A stretch of 64,000 nt of DNA from an uncultured delta proteobacterium (GCA_963821645.1 CAWGEQ010000034.1:62934-126933); one strand, 5' to 3'. Counted from the first letter of the stretch, positions 18,441-27,861 are shown. The notes: generated by a model not told the origin, from the sequence alone. Translations and numbers: made by a program.

Positions 18441-18485
18441 TTTATCCAGTATCCAGTATCAAGTATCCAGATCCGGTATCGGCCA
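18441..18485. repeat. degenerate heptamer tandem repeat (ccagtat)n upstream of rnj
   Basis: 'ccagtat ccagtat caagtat ccagatc cggtatc'. Related 'atcaagt/atccagt' heptads occur at 42962-43020. Confidence 0.5.
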
Positions 18486-18523
18486 GAAAAACATAATCAG
18501 TTCCTTCAGTAGGATCAAGCCAC

Positions 18524-20209
18524 ATGGAAACTCAACTTTTGTTATCTGACCCCCAATCCCCCTTAGACATCATCCCCCTGGGAGGACTGGGGGAGATCGG
18601 GCTGAATATGCTCCTGGTTCAATATGAGGAGCACATCCTGATCGTGGATGCCGGCCTGATGTTTCCGGAAGACTACATGCTGGGCATTGATATTGTGATC
18701 CCGGATTTCAGTTATGTGTTAAAGAACAAAGAGCGCATCCGGGCCATCGTCCTGACCCATGGCCATGAGGATCACATCGGGGCCTTGCCTTTCTTGCTCA
18801 AAGAATTGTCAGTCCCGGTTTATGGTTCCCGGTTTACCTTGGAGCTGGTCAAGGAAAAATTAAGAGAACATCACCTCTTGGAGCAATGCGATCTGCGGAC
18901 GGTCTCGGTCAAAGAACCCCTGAGCATAGGACCTTTTCAAGTCGAATTCATCCGGGTCACCCACAGCATTCCGAACGGTATGGGCTTAGCCATCGGAACT
19001 CCCCTGGGGACCTTGATCCATTCCGGAGACTTCAAGATCGACCAGACTCCATTAGACGGCGAAATAACGGATATCAATACTTTTGCCGCCTACGGGGCCA
19101 AGGGCGTCCTGGCCCTCATGTCGGACTCGACCAATGTCGAGAGGGAAGGCTATACCCTGCCTGAAAAAAGGATCGGCGAGACCCTGGACCAGATCATGAG
19201 GGATTGCGAAGGCCGGGTGATCGTGGCCGTTTTTGCCTCCAACATCAACCGGATCCAGCAGGTGGTCAATTCGGCGGCCCGATATCAGCGCAAAGTGGCC
19301 TTTAACGGCAAAAGTATGGTGGTCAATTGCCGGATCGCCCAGGAACTGGGCCTCCTGACCGTCCCCCCCCAGATGGAGCTGACCCTCGGAGAAATGCTTC
19401 AGCTCCCCGATTCCCAGGTGACTATTATCACCACCGGCAGCCAGGCCGAACCCATGTCCTCTTTGACCCGGATCGCCCGGGCTGACCACAGGCAGATCAG
19501 AATCAAGAAAGGCGATACGGTCATCCTTTCCTCCAGATTTATCCCCGGAAACGAGAAGGCCATTGACGGCTTGATCAATAACCTCTATCGATTCGGGGCC
19601 GAGGTCATTTATGAAAAGGTCTCGGAGATCCATGTCTCCGGCCATGCCAATCAGGAAGAATTAAAATTGATGCTTCACCTGACCCGACCTGAATATTTCA
19701 TACCCATTCACGGGGAATATCGCCATCTGGTAAAACATGCCCAACTGGCCGGGAAGATAGGAATCCCTAAAGAAAACCTGATCCTGGCGGAAAACGGCCA
19801 GGTCATCCGCTTTGACCGGCAAGGAGGACGGATCGCCGATCAGGTGGAAGTAGGACGGGTCTTTGTGGACGGGAAAGGGGTCGGGGATGTAGGCAGCCTG
19901 GTCCTGCGGGACAGACGCCACCTTTCCAACGAAGGACTGGTGGTGGTGCAAGTCGTCTTGAACAACCAGACCGGAGAATTGCTCTCCGGCCCGGATATCA
20001 TCTCCCGGGGCTTTATTTCCGAAGAAGAATACCCGCAACTGATCCAGGAGGCCAAAGAACGGGTCATAGAGATCTTGTATCTCAGGCAGAAAGAGGATAT
20101 AAAGAACTGGCCCGATATCCAGGAAGAAATCCGCAAGACCCTTAAAAGGCTCTTCGATCGTTCCCTGGAACGAAGGCCGGTGATTTTGCCCTTGATTATA
20201 CCGATGTAA
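18524..20209 (+). CDS. rnj: ribonuclease J (metallo-beta-lactamase / beta-CASP family)
   Basis: 561 aa. It carries the 'LTHGHEDHIGALP' MBL motif, a beta-CASP region and a C-terminal domain, the RNase J architecture. Confidence 0.85.
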   Translation: METQLLLSDPQSPLDIIPLGGLGEIGLNMLLVQYEEHILIVDAGLMFPEDYMLGIDIVIPDFSYVLKNKERIRAIVLTHGHEDHIGALPFLLKELSVPVYGSRFTLELVKEKLREHHLLEQCDLRTVSVKEPLSIGPFQVEFIRVTHSIPNGMGLAIGTPLGTLIHSGDFKIDQTPLDGEITDINTFAAYGAKGVLALMSDSTNVEREGYTLPEKRIGETLDQIMRDCEGRVIVAVFASNINRIQQVVNSAARYQRKVAFNGKSMVVNCRIAQELGLLTVPPQMELTLGEMLQLPDSQVTIITTGSQAEPMSSLTRIARADHRQIRIKKGDTVILSSRFIPGNEKAIDGLINNLYRFGAEVIYEKVSEIHVSGHANQEELKLMLHLTRPEYFIPIHGEYRHLVKHAQLAGKIGIPKENLILAENGQVIRFDRQGGRIADQVEVGRVFVDGKGVGDVGSLVLRDRRHLSNEGLVVVQVVLNNQTGELLSGPDIISRGFISEEEYPQLIQEAKERVIEILYLRQKEDIKNWPDIQEEIRKTLKRLFDRSLERRPVILPLIIPM

Positions 20210-20223
20210 CAGGAAGTCAACCC

Positions 20224-22401
20224 TTGCCCAAAGAAGACAGGCCTCGAAAACCGATCTATTATGAAATCCTCGGGCTATTCCTGGGGGCCTTGGGGGTATT
20301 ACTGCTCTTAAGCCTCCTCTCCCATCATCCGGCCGACCCATCTTTCAGTTCTCCTCAAATGGCCAACTGGCCGGTAAAAAACTGGATAGGCAAATTCGGA
20401 TCATACTTCTCGTCCTTCCTGTTTGAGTGGTTGGGTCTGGCCTCCTTCTGGCTCTGTTTCATCCTTTTTCAATTGACCGGCTTTTCCTTTCGCAAGGAAC
20501 CCCATCCTTCCCCTTCCTGGTACGCCACCGGGTATCTCCTGGTGATTCTTTCCTTCGCCGGCCTGCTTTCCTCCGGAGATGAAAATTTCCAATTTTTCGG
20601 CTGGAATTTTCCCTGGGGAGGGATCCTGGGCTATCTGGTCTTTCACCGTCTGGAATTATTATTAAACCCTCCCGGAACCCATATCTTCTTGATCGTCCTG
20701 CTGTTGACCGGCTTTGTCATCATCTCCCGGGTTTCCCTGGCCCGGGTCGGGGAACGGGTCCAGCTCTGGCTTTTCAGTCAGGGAAGCCATCTGCGGGACG
20801 GGTTTCAAAAAAACCGGGAACGAAAGCGGAAGGCCAAGGTCCTCCGTGTGGAACAGGAAGTTCAAAAGGAAAAAGAATCCCGGCCGCCGATCATCGTTCA
20901 GACCCAGGTGGTCAAACCGGCTGCACCCCAACCGAAGCCCCAGCCTCAGCAGGAACAATTTGTCTTCATGAAGAACCCGGGGGATTTTGAACTGCCTCCC
21001 CTTTCCCTGCTGGATACCTACGAGAAAAAGGATCAGGAAATCCAACAGCAGAGCCTGATCATGAATTCCCGGCTCCTGGAAAAAAAATTAAAGGACTTCG
21101 GGGTGGACGGTCAGGTCACCGAGGTCTCCCCGGGACCGGTGGTCACCATGTATGAATTCGAACCGGCCCCTGGGGTCAAAATAAGCCGGATCACCAATCT
21201 TTCCGATGACCTGGCCATGGCCATGCGGGCCGTCAGCATTCGAATCGTCGCCCCTCTTCCGGGAAAATCGGTCATCGGCATCGAAATTCCCAACAGCCAA
21301 AGGGAGACAGTCGGTCTGAAGGATATCCTGTCCTCTCAGGATTTTTCCGGCTCCAAGTCCAAGCTGACCCTGGCCCTGGGAAAAGATATCCTGGGCTTCC
21401 CGGTGGTCACCAATCTGGCCAGGATGCCCCACCTTTTGATCGCCGGGGCCACCGGTACGGGAAAGAGTGTTTGTTTGAACGCCTTGATCAGCAGCATCCT
21501 ATTTAAGGCCAGACCGGAAGAGGTCCGTTTTTTCTTTATAGACCCCAAGCGGATTGAACTCTTGCCCTATGAAGGGATCCCCCACCTGTTGCATGAGGTG
21601 GTTACCGATGCCAAGATGGCCACCCGGGTCCTGCGTTGGGCCATCCGCGAGATGGAAGATCGCTACCAGAAGATGGCTGACAAAGGGGCCCGGAACATCG
21701 ACACCTACAACCAAAGGCTGCTCAAGGAAAAAAAAGGAACCCCCGAAAAATATCCCGAAGAATGGCTGCCTTATGTGGTCATTGTCATTGACGAGCTGGC
21801 CGACCTGATGCTGGTGTCTTCCCGGGACGTAGAGGAGTACCTGACCCGCCTGGCCCAGATGGCCCGGGCCGCCGGGATTCATCTGCTTCTGGCTACCCAG
21901 CGCCCTTCCGTAGATATCCTGACCGGCATCATCAAGGCTAATTTCCCGGCCCGCATTTCTTTTCAGGTTTCTTCCAAAACCGATTCCCGAACCATCCTCG
22001 ACGCCAATGGGGCCGAGGCCCTCCTGGGGGCCGGGGATATGCTTTTCCTTCCGCCGGGGGTCTCCAAAGTGCAGCGCATCCATGGGGCCTTTGTCTCGGA
22101 AGCCGAAATCAAACGTTTAACGGATTTCTTGAAAAATCAAAAGCAAGCGGTCTATGATGAGACCCTCTTGGTCGTTGAAGAGTCGGAACCCGCGGAAACC
22201 GATGAGGCTATGGACGAGAAATACGAGGCCGCGGTGCAGATCGTCAGAGAGACCCGACAGGTTTCCATTTCCATGATCCAGCGAAAACTGCGTATCGGCT
22301 ATAACCGGGCCGCCCGAATAGTCGAGATAATGGAACGGGAGGGGATCGTCAGTTCGGGCGACGGCGGCCGGCCCCGGGAAGTCCTGATCCAGAATTTTTA
22401 A
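20224..22401 (+). CDS. ftsK: DNA translocase FtsK
   Basis: 725 aa. N-terminal TM helices, a Pro/Gln-rich linker, Walker A 'GATGTGKS', 'LLLATQRPSVDI', and the C-terminal gamma (winged-helix) domain 'YEAAVQIVRETRQVSISMIQRKLRIGYNRAARIVEIMEREGIV'. A TTG start is likely. Confidence 0.9.
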   Translation: MPKEDRPRKPIYYEILGLFLGALGVLLLLSLLSHHPADPSFSSPQMANWPVKNWIGKFGSYFSSFLFEWLGLASFWLCFILFQLTGFSFRKEPHPSPSWYATGYLLVILSFAGLLSSGDENFQFFGWNFPWGGILGYLVFHRLELLLNPPGTHIFLIVLLLTGFVIISRVSLARVGERVQLWLFSQGSHLRDGFQKNRERKRKAKVLRVEQEVQKEKESRPPIIVQTQVVKPAAPQPKPQPQQEQFVFMKNPGDFELPPLSLLDTYEKKDQEIQQQSLIMNSRLLEKKLKDFGVDGQVTEVSPGPVVTMYEFEPAPGVKISRITNLSDDLAMAMRAVSIRIVAPLPGKSVIGIEIPNSQRETVGLKDILSSQDFSGSKSKLTLALGKDILGFPVVTNLARMPHLLIAGATGTGKSVCLNALISSILFKARPEEVRFFFIDPKRIELLPYEGIPHLLHEVVTDAKMATRVLRWAIREMEDRYQKMADKGARNIDTYNQRLLKEKKGTPEKYPEEWLPYVVIVIDELADLMLVSSRDVEEYLTRLAQMARAAGIHLLLATQRPSVDILTGIIKANFPARISFQVSSKTDSRTILDANGAEALLGAGDMLFLPPGVSKVQRIHGAFVSEAEIKRLTDFLKNQKQAVYDETLLVVEESEPAETDEAMDEKYEAAVQIVRETRQVSISMIQRKLRIGYNRAARIVEIMEREGIVSSGDGGRPREVLIQNF

Positions 22402-22424
22402 AGAGCATAGGCAAAAAATCCATT

Positions 22425-22545
22425 GACGTCATTCCGGCGGAAGCCGGAATCCAGGTTTTCTGCTGGGTTCCCCGCCGGAGTTACTCCGCAGTTGGCGGGG
22501 AAGGGACCTTCTGGATCCTGGCTTTCGCCGGGATGACGATTTGAT
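22425..22545. repeat. pair of REP-like palindromic elements downstream of ftsK
   Basis: 'gacgtcattccggcggaagccggaatcc' and 'ccccgccggagttactccgcagttggcgggg', then 'ttcgccgggatgacg'. Confidence 0.6.
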
Positions 22546-22605
22546 TAATTTTAAAGAGGAACTCATGAATAAAATAAATAACAGAAGCCTCTTGGTAGGC
22601 ATAGT

Positions 22606-23286
22606 TTGGGGATAATTTTTTTGTTGGTCGGGATGATTGGTGGGGGTTGGGCCCAAGAGGATGGGGAGTTGTCTCACGTCCTGTCCCAATTAAAGGACCA
22701 TTTTGCTTCCTCGAAAACCTTCCGGGCCGATTATATCCGGGAACTGGTGCCTAAAGTGGCCTCTAAGCTGCCCTCTTCTTCTTTCCAGGCCGAAGGTGTG
22801 CTTGCTTTCCGTTCCCCCAATAAACTGCGGATGGACCAGAAAAAACCCGGGCGTGAACAATTGATTTGCAACGGCGACAAGGTCTGGTGGTACCTGCCGG
22901 AGGAAAAGGTGGTTAACGTCTATCGGTTAAAGGATTATTATCTGCAGATCAAGCCCATCATCGATTTTTTAGCCGGGTTGGGGGGATTGGATAAAAATTT
23001 TTCGGTTCGTCTGGACAAAACCCTTCCGGAGGAGGCCCCTTTTTACCAGCTTGTCCTGAAGCCCAAAACCCCCCAGCCGGACTTGCAGCAGATTCAGGTT
23101 CGGGTTTCCAAAACGACTTTTCTCCCCATCGAATTTTCATTCGATAACCTCATGGGCGATGAGACCCGTTTTCGTTTCAGCCGCATGCAGACCGGGGTGC
23201 CTTTAACCGGATCCTTTTTTGAGTTTATCCCCCCGAAGGGGACTCAGGTTGTTTCCCAGTCTCCTGTACTTCCTCCCAGGAAATAG
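22606..23286 (+). CDS. lolA: outer-membrane lipoprotein carrier protein LolA
   Basis: 226 aa with a signal peptide. 'FRADYIRE...AEGVLAFRSPNKLRMDQKKPGREQLICNGDKVWWYLPEE' fits LolA. The ftsK-lolA linkage is conserved in many Proteobacteria. Confidence 0.75.
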   Translation: MGIIFLLVGMIGGGWAQEDGELSHVLSQLKDHFASSKTFRADYIRELVPKVASKLPSSSFQAEGVLAFRSPNKLRMDQKKPGREQLICNGDKVWWYLPEEKVVNVYRLKDYYLQIKPIIDFLAGLGGLDKNFSVRLDKTLPEEAPFYQLVLKPKTPQPDLQQIQVRVSKTTFLPIEFSFDNLMGDETRFRFSRMQTGVPLTGSFFEFIPPKGTQVVSQSPVLPPRK

Positions 23287-24868
23287 GAATATAAAATATT
23301 TTAAGTTGCCGCTTGGGGCCGTCCCGATGGTAGCCGAACAGCCCCTTTAAAAAAGACAGTTGAAGGGCCTCTTTTTCTTTCACATAGGTAAAAAGGAAAC
23401 TGACCTCGACCCGGTTCAGGTCTTTTTGTTTTTGATGATAATACAGGCCCCATAAAAACTTGGAAATCTCTTTGCCTTTTCCGTCCTGGTAGTATTCATA
23501 GACCCGGAAAAGCATCCCGTAATTTCGCTCCAGACCTTCCCAATCGGCCGGCATCAGATCCGGAAAATAAAAATGCTCCATCCCCCGGCCATCCTCGGCA
23601 TAATGGAAGAATGGCCAAAACTTGGTCAGCCTCTCCCAGCGGTTCTCCTTTTTAAAATAAACTTGATGGAATTTACTGATGTATAGAAATCGATTCAGGA
23701 CTTCGTCCCTTTCTTCATCTTCTTCCTTTTCCTGAATAAAGATGGGCCAAAACAGGGACATCTTTTCCCGCTGCTCCACTTTGCGATAGGTAAAGAGGGG
23801 CCAGAATTTAAAGGCCTCCGTATTTTCTCCCCGGGCAAATTGAATGATGGGCCAGGGAAAATCGACCTGATGATAGTTAAAATGGTCCTCGGAGTAAAAA
23901 TTAAAAAAAGGCCACAGAAAAATGGTTTTATGCTCGTTGGGGCTCTGTTCGGAAAGGTAAAGGGGGAAAAGATAAAAATAGGTCTTGGGATAATCGGTGT
24001 CTAAATACCGTTGTTGATACTGGCCGATGGGCCAGAGGAAAAAAGTCTTTTGATAAGCCCCTTGGCCTTCTTGTTTTTCCTGTCCATATAACGGCCAAAC
24101 CCGAAACCCCGAACGCTCTCCTCCCGAGGTGAAGGAAAAAATCGGCCAGAGGATATTAGTGGTTTGTGTTTCCCCTTCACGGACCCGGGTGTAGAGGGGC
24201 CAGAGGACAAACCGGATTTCATCCCGGGCGAACCGACCGCGGAATTCGCCCCCGAGGGGGAACACCCCACCGTAGGACCTTCCTTCCTTATCCTTTCCCC
24301 AAAAAACCGGAAAGAGGTCGACATTATCTTTTTTATCCTTTTCTTCCTCTTTTTCCTGAGCAGGCTTGAAAGAGGAGTAAAAAGGGATAAAGCGATAGAG
24401 CTTTCCCTCGGGCGTCTTTCGATATCTCCCCAAAGGATAGAGATATTCGAGTTCTTCGGTCTGTTCTTTTAGATTTTCGCGATATGAAAAAAAGGGGCGG
24501 AAGGTTAACTCCTTTTCATCAGGGCTTTCCGCCTGGGAGTAAAAAGGCCCGGCCCCGTCCAAACGGCGGCTCTGTTTTTCCCTGTCGGTTTGGATATGGA
24601 AAAAAGGAGAGACATTTTCCGGCTGGAGATCGGGAGAAAGATGGGCGCAACCGGAAGCGCAGAAGAGGAAGATTAAAAAAAGCAGTAAAATGGGAAAACA
24701 TCTGGAGAAGAGTGAGACTTTGAATGTTTTACGTTCGGCGTTCGGCGTTCGGCGTTCGGTGATAAACACCCAGTAGCCCTCTAAGCTGAAGCGGGCTCTC
24801 CGTTTGGGGTTTGTCTTCCGGACAAGTAGAGCCTCCTGCCCTGAAGGAGTTCGAGGTTCGGGATTCAT
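23225..24868 (-). CDS. large repeat lipoprotein with ~12 degenerate 'F-x-W-P-(L/I/F)-(F/Y)' repeats, function unknown
   Basis: 547-aa ORF with a lipoprotein-type signal (…FPILLLFLIFLFCASGC). Repeated units include 'FFLWPIGQYQ', 'FWPLYGQEK', 'ILWPIFSFTSG', 'IFLWPFFNFYSEDH', 'DFPWPIIQFARGEN', 'FKFWPLFTYRKVE', 'LFWPIFIQEKEE' and 'KFWPFFHYAEDG'. It is the last gene of the mlaE-F-D transcription unit. The start is uncertain (ATG at 24868, or an internal GTG at ~24790 just after the heptamer array). Confidence 0.55.
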   Translation of the reverse strand: MNPEPRTPSGQEALLVRKTNPKRRARFSLEGYWVFITERRTPNAERKTFKVSLFSRCFPILLLFLIFLFCASGCAHLSPDLQPENVSPFFHIQTDREKQSRRLDGAGPFYSQAESPDEKELTFRPFFSYRENLKEQTEELEYLYPLGRYRKTPEGKLYRFIPFYSSFKPAQEKEEEKDKKDNVDLFPVFWGKDKEGRSYGGVFPLGGEFRGRFARDEIRFVLWPLYTRVREGETQTTNILWPIFSFTSGGERSGFRVWPLYGQEKQEGQGAYQKTFFLWPIGQYQQRYLDTDYPKTYFYLFPLYLSEQSPNEHKTIFLWPFFNFYSEDHFNYHQVDFPWPIIQFARGENTEAFKFWPLFTYRKVEQREKMSLFWPIFIQEKEEDEERDEVLNRFLYISKFHQVYFKKENRWERLTKFWPFFHYAEDGRGMEHFYFPDLMPADWEGLERNYGMLFRVYEYYQDGKGKEISKFLWGLYYHQKQKDLNRVEVSFLFTYVKEKEALQLSFLKGLFGYHRDGPKRQLKIFYIPISWEEVQETGKQPESPSGG

Positions 24869-24912
24869 TGTTTTTAATTTTCGCCGAACGACGAACGCTT
24901 AACGCCGAACGT
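24731..24912. repeat. inverted arrays of a heptanucleotide repeat flanking the upstream start of the repeat-lipoprotein gene: (gcgttcg)x4 at 24731-24759 and (Ncgaacg)x4 at 24884-24912
   Basis: 'acgttcggcgttcggcgttcggcgttcgg' versus the reverse complement of 'gccgaacgacgaacgcttaacgccgaacgt'. About 26 of 29 positions match as an inverted repeat, spaced ~125 bp apart. The ATG at 24868 lies between them. Confidence 0.7.
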
Positions 24913-24951
24913 TACCATCTCGCCCCCTTGACTCCTTGACCCCTTCCTTTC

Positions 24952-26015
24952 TCACTTAAGGACCGTCCCTAATATGGTACCTAAGATACTCACCGGGACC
25001 TGTTCCGACAGGCCCTCGGTGGCCTTGGTCACGCTTCTCAGGGTGTATTTGGTTTCTTTGTACAGGGAGTCGTCATTGACTAATTTTCCCAGAGTCCCTT
25101 CCCCGGAGTTGATTTTTTGTGTCGTCTGGTTCAGGTTGGCCGCCGTCTTATTCAGGTTGGTCATAGTTTCCTTGGCCTCTTTGTACAGGGAGTCGTCATT
25201 GACTAATTTCCCCAGGGTCCCTTCCCCGGAGTCAATTTTATTAGCCACCTTTTCCAAACTGCCCATGGTCCTTTTGGTTTGATCATAAAACTCTTCGTCT
25301 TTGATGAATTTTCCTATACTCCCCCGCCCTTCTTGTATCTGGGTCACCGTATCCTTCAATCCGGTCACGGTGGTCCGCATGTCCTTATAAAGGGCGTCAT
25401 CGCGGATCAATTTCCCCATGGTCCCTTCTCCTTCGGAAAGCCCCGTTGCTATGTTCCGGATATCTTCAGTGGTTTTTTTGATATTAAAAAAGGTTTCTCT
25501 CAAGTTGTTTTTTCCTTCTTCGGTGCCCAGGATATCACCTATATTTTTTGTAACCTTGGAAATATCCTCCATGGCCGGTGCTGCCTTGGCCAGGATATCA
25601 TCCAACTCGACCGTCGACCGGCTCCTGACTGATGAGTCCGCCTCCTTTAAGAAGCTGGGCCGAGGCCTTTCCGGGCGTAATTTCAATAAATTTATCTCCT
25701 AATACGCCCTGCGATTTGATAACGGCCTGGGCGTCTGCATATATCGGTATCCCATTGCGGATGGTCATGGTCAACCTGGGCCCGCCCATCCTTGAGGGCG
25801 ATATCTTTGACCCGGCCGACTTCAATGCCGGCGATCTGAACCGGGCTGTTTTTGACCAAGCCGGAAACCGAGTCAAAAAAAACCGTCAATGTATAACCCT
25901 CTACGGTATTAAGTTTTGTTTTATTGACCCTTAAGGCCATATATCCAAGGACCACCAGGCCAAGAAAGACAAATAGCCCTACCTTGACCTCAATACCTAT
26001 TCCCCTTCTTTCCAT
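24952..26015 (-). pseudogene. mlaD: MlaD (MCE-domain) protein with C-terminal repeat extension, broken by two frameshifts
   Basis: Three ORF pieces in three frames. The N-terminal MCE domain is 'MERRGIGIEVKVGLFVFLGLVVLGYMALR...PVQIAGIEVGRVKDIALKDG', then '..RLTMTIRNGIPIYADAQAVIKSQGVLGDKFIEITPGKASAQLL', then 'KEADSSVRSRSTVELDDILAKAAPAMEDI...' followed by repeated 'GEGTLGKLVNDDSLYKE' motifs. The first shift lies in 'gggcccgccc' (25778-25787) and the second at ~25640-25660. Confidence 0.7.
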
Positions 26016-26032
26016 CCTTCCTCCTTCATGGT

Positions 26033-26776
26033 TCAGGCAGCCTGTTCGGCGATGCGACCTAACAAAAAATCCTGAACTAATTTATTGGTTGATTGGCGAA
26101 ACACCTCCGGAGTCCCTTCCTCGATAATTTTTCCTTCATAGAGCATGGCGATGTTATGGGCGATCCGGAAGACGCTTTGGATATCATGGCTGATGACCAC
26201 GCAGGTCAACTGAAATCGTTTTTGGGTCTCTATGACTAACTGGTCGATCGAAGCGGTCATGATGGGGTCCAAACCGGTAGTCGGTTCATCAAAGAGCAAG
26301 ATGTCCGGTTCCAAGGCAATGGCCCGGGCCAGAGCCACCCGTTTTCGCATACCGCCGCTTAATTCCGAAGGCATTTTTTCTTCAATACCCGACAGCCCAC
26401 CAGGGCCAATTTTTCAGCCACGACTCTGGTAATTTCGGAATGGGACGATATTTTATGGTGTTCCCGAAGAGGGAAAGGCCACGTTCTCTCCGACGGTCAT
26501 GGAATCAAAGAGGGCCCCTTCCTGAAAGAGCATACCGAATCGTTCTTCGAATCCGGTATAGGTCTCTTTCCCGTAGGCGGTTGATTTCTTCATCATCGAT
26601 CCAGATTTCGCCGCTGTCCGGCCGGATAAGCCCGATGATGTGTTTTAGCAGGACGCTCTTCCCCCGCCGCTGCGCCCGATAATTACCGTCGTTTTCCCGG
26701 AGGGAATGGTCAGATTCAGGTCCTTAAGGACCGGTTGACTTCTAAAGGATTTATTCAAATTGACTAAACGGATCAT
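26033..26776 (-). pseudogene. mlaF: MlaF ABC transporter ATPase, broken by about four frameshifts
   Basis: Reverse-strand translation gives 'MIRLVNLNKSFRSQPVLKDLNLTIPSGKTTVIIGRSGGG' | 'KSVLLKHIIGLIRPDSGEIWIDDEEINRLRERDLYRIR' | 'KRFGMLFQEGALFDSMTVGENVAF' | 'PLREHHKISSHSEITRVVAEKLALVG' | 'LSGIEEKMPSELSGGMRKRVALARAIALEPDILLFDEPTTGLD...' in alternating frames. Walker A, Q-loop, signature and Walker B are all present but out of frame with each other. The shift sites are a C5 run at 26661-26665, ~26535-26552, a ccc run at ~26465-26476, and ~26386-26403. Confidence 0.7.
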
Positions 26777-26781
26777 GGTTT

Positions 26782-27555
26782 TTAAAACAACAGCGAGGTA
26801 ATGACATAAGTGCCGATCAAGATGGACACCGAGGAGATGACCACCGCCTCAGTCGTGGCCCGGCCGACACCTTCGGCACCGCCGTAGGTATAGAATCCCT
26901 TGTAGCAACCGATCAAGGTCAGGAACAATCCGAAAAAGACCGATTTGACCATTCCCTGGACCAGGTCGGCCATTTCCACCATATTGGTCATCTTGTTGAT
27001 AAACACACCGGAATTGATGTTCAGCAGGACGACGCCGACGAAATAACCGCCGATGATCCCTACCAGTATATTAATGGCCGTCAGCAAAGGCATCATCAAC
27101 ACCCCGGCCCAGATTCTGGGGACCACCAGATAATGAACGGGATTGATGGCCATAATCTCCAGGGCGTCAATCTGCTCGGTAACTCGCATGGTCCCCAATT
27201 CCGCGGCAATAGCCGAACCAGCCCGGGCATTGACCATGAGAGCGGTCATCACCGGACCCATCTCCCGCAATAAGGATAAGGCGACGATTCCTCCCATCAG
27301 GCTTTCCCCGCCGAATTTTTTAAAGCCGTGATAACTTTGAAGGGCCAGGACCATACCGGAAAAAACACCGGTCAGGACGACGATGAAGAGGGATTTGACC
27401 CCGATAAATTCCATTTGTTTGATTAAATTTCTGAAACGAAAAGGAGGAACAAAGGTCCAGGCCATGCTCCGAATGAACATGAGCAGGATCTCGCCCATTT
27501 CAGACATAAAGGAAAGGACTCGGGTTCCAATTAGAAAAAAGAATCGATTAATCAC
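26782..27555 (-). CDS. mlaE: MlaE ABC transporter permease (intact)
   Basis: 257 aa. 'EQIDALEIMAINPVHYLVVPRIWAG' is the conserved MlaE/Ttg2B motif. It has multiple TM helices. Confidence 0.85.
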   Translation of the reverse strand: MINRFFFLIGTRVLSFMSEMGEILLMFIRSMAWTFVPPFRFRNLIKQMEFIGVKSLFIVVLTGVFSGMVLALQSYHGFKKFGGESLMGGIVALSLLREMGPVMTALMVNARAGSAIAAELGTMRVTEQIDALEIMAINPVHYLVVPRIWAGVLMMPLLTAINILVGIIGGYFVGVVLLNINSGVFINKMTNMVEMADLVQGMVKSVFFGLFLTLIGCYKGFYTYGGAEGVGRATTEAVVISSVSILIGTYVITSLLF

Positions 27556-27739
27556 GGCGTCCTGTTTTTCAACAAAATATTAACAACTTCTCTATTCTTA
27601 ATAAGCCCAAAAGGAAGGAAGAAGTCAAGAAAAAATAAACCTTAAAAATGCCGGGGAACAATTCATCTTAATCCTGGCGGTCCCGGGATGAATTTGTTAT
27701 ATTAGAGCTTCTTGCCAATCTCTCAAGTTTCGTCACACA

Positions 27740-27830
27740 GGCGAAAGCCGGTGCCCTCCCCCCTCTGAGGAGAGGGAGGGAAATTTTCACGGGACATGGC
27801 GCCCGCATCAAGCGGGCATGAGGGTTAATA
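27740..27830. repeat. GC-rich palindromic element, second family (ccctcccccctctgaggagagggaggg; gcccgcatcaagcgggc)
   Basis: Two adjacent hairpins upstream of the nicotinamidase gene. The first shares 'cctcccccctcYgag' with the 63680-63750 element. Confidence 0.5.
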
Positions 27831-27861
27831 GGAAGTTAAATAAAAGACAAAAGGGAAGACC

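Noticed and set aside
19052-20341. long minus-strand ORFs (197 and 226 aa) inside rnj/ftsK
   Set aside because: They are antisense to strongly supported genes. Their Gly/Pro/Asp-rich composition reflects the GC-rich opposite strand.
21499-22083. 194-aa minus-strand ORF
   Set aside because: It is antisense within the ftsK motor domain.
22429-22689. 86-aa minus-strand ORF between ftsK and lolA
   Set aside because: It is built from the REP-like elements at 22425-22545 and overlaps the lolA start region.
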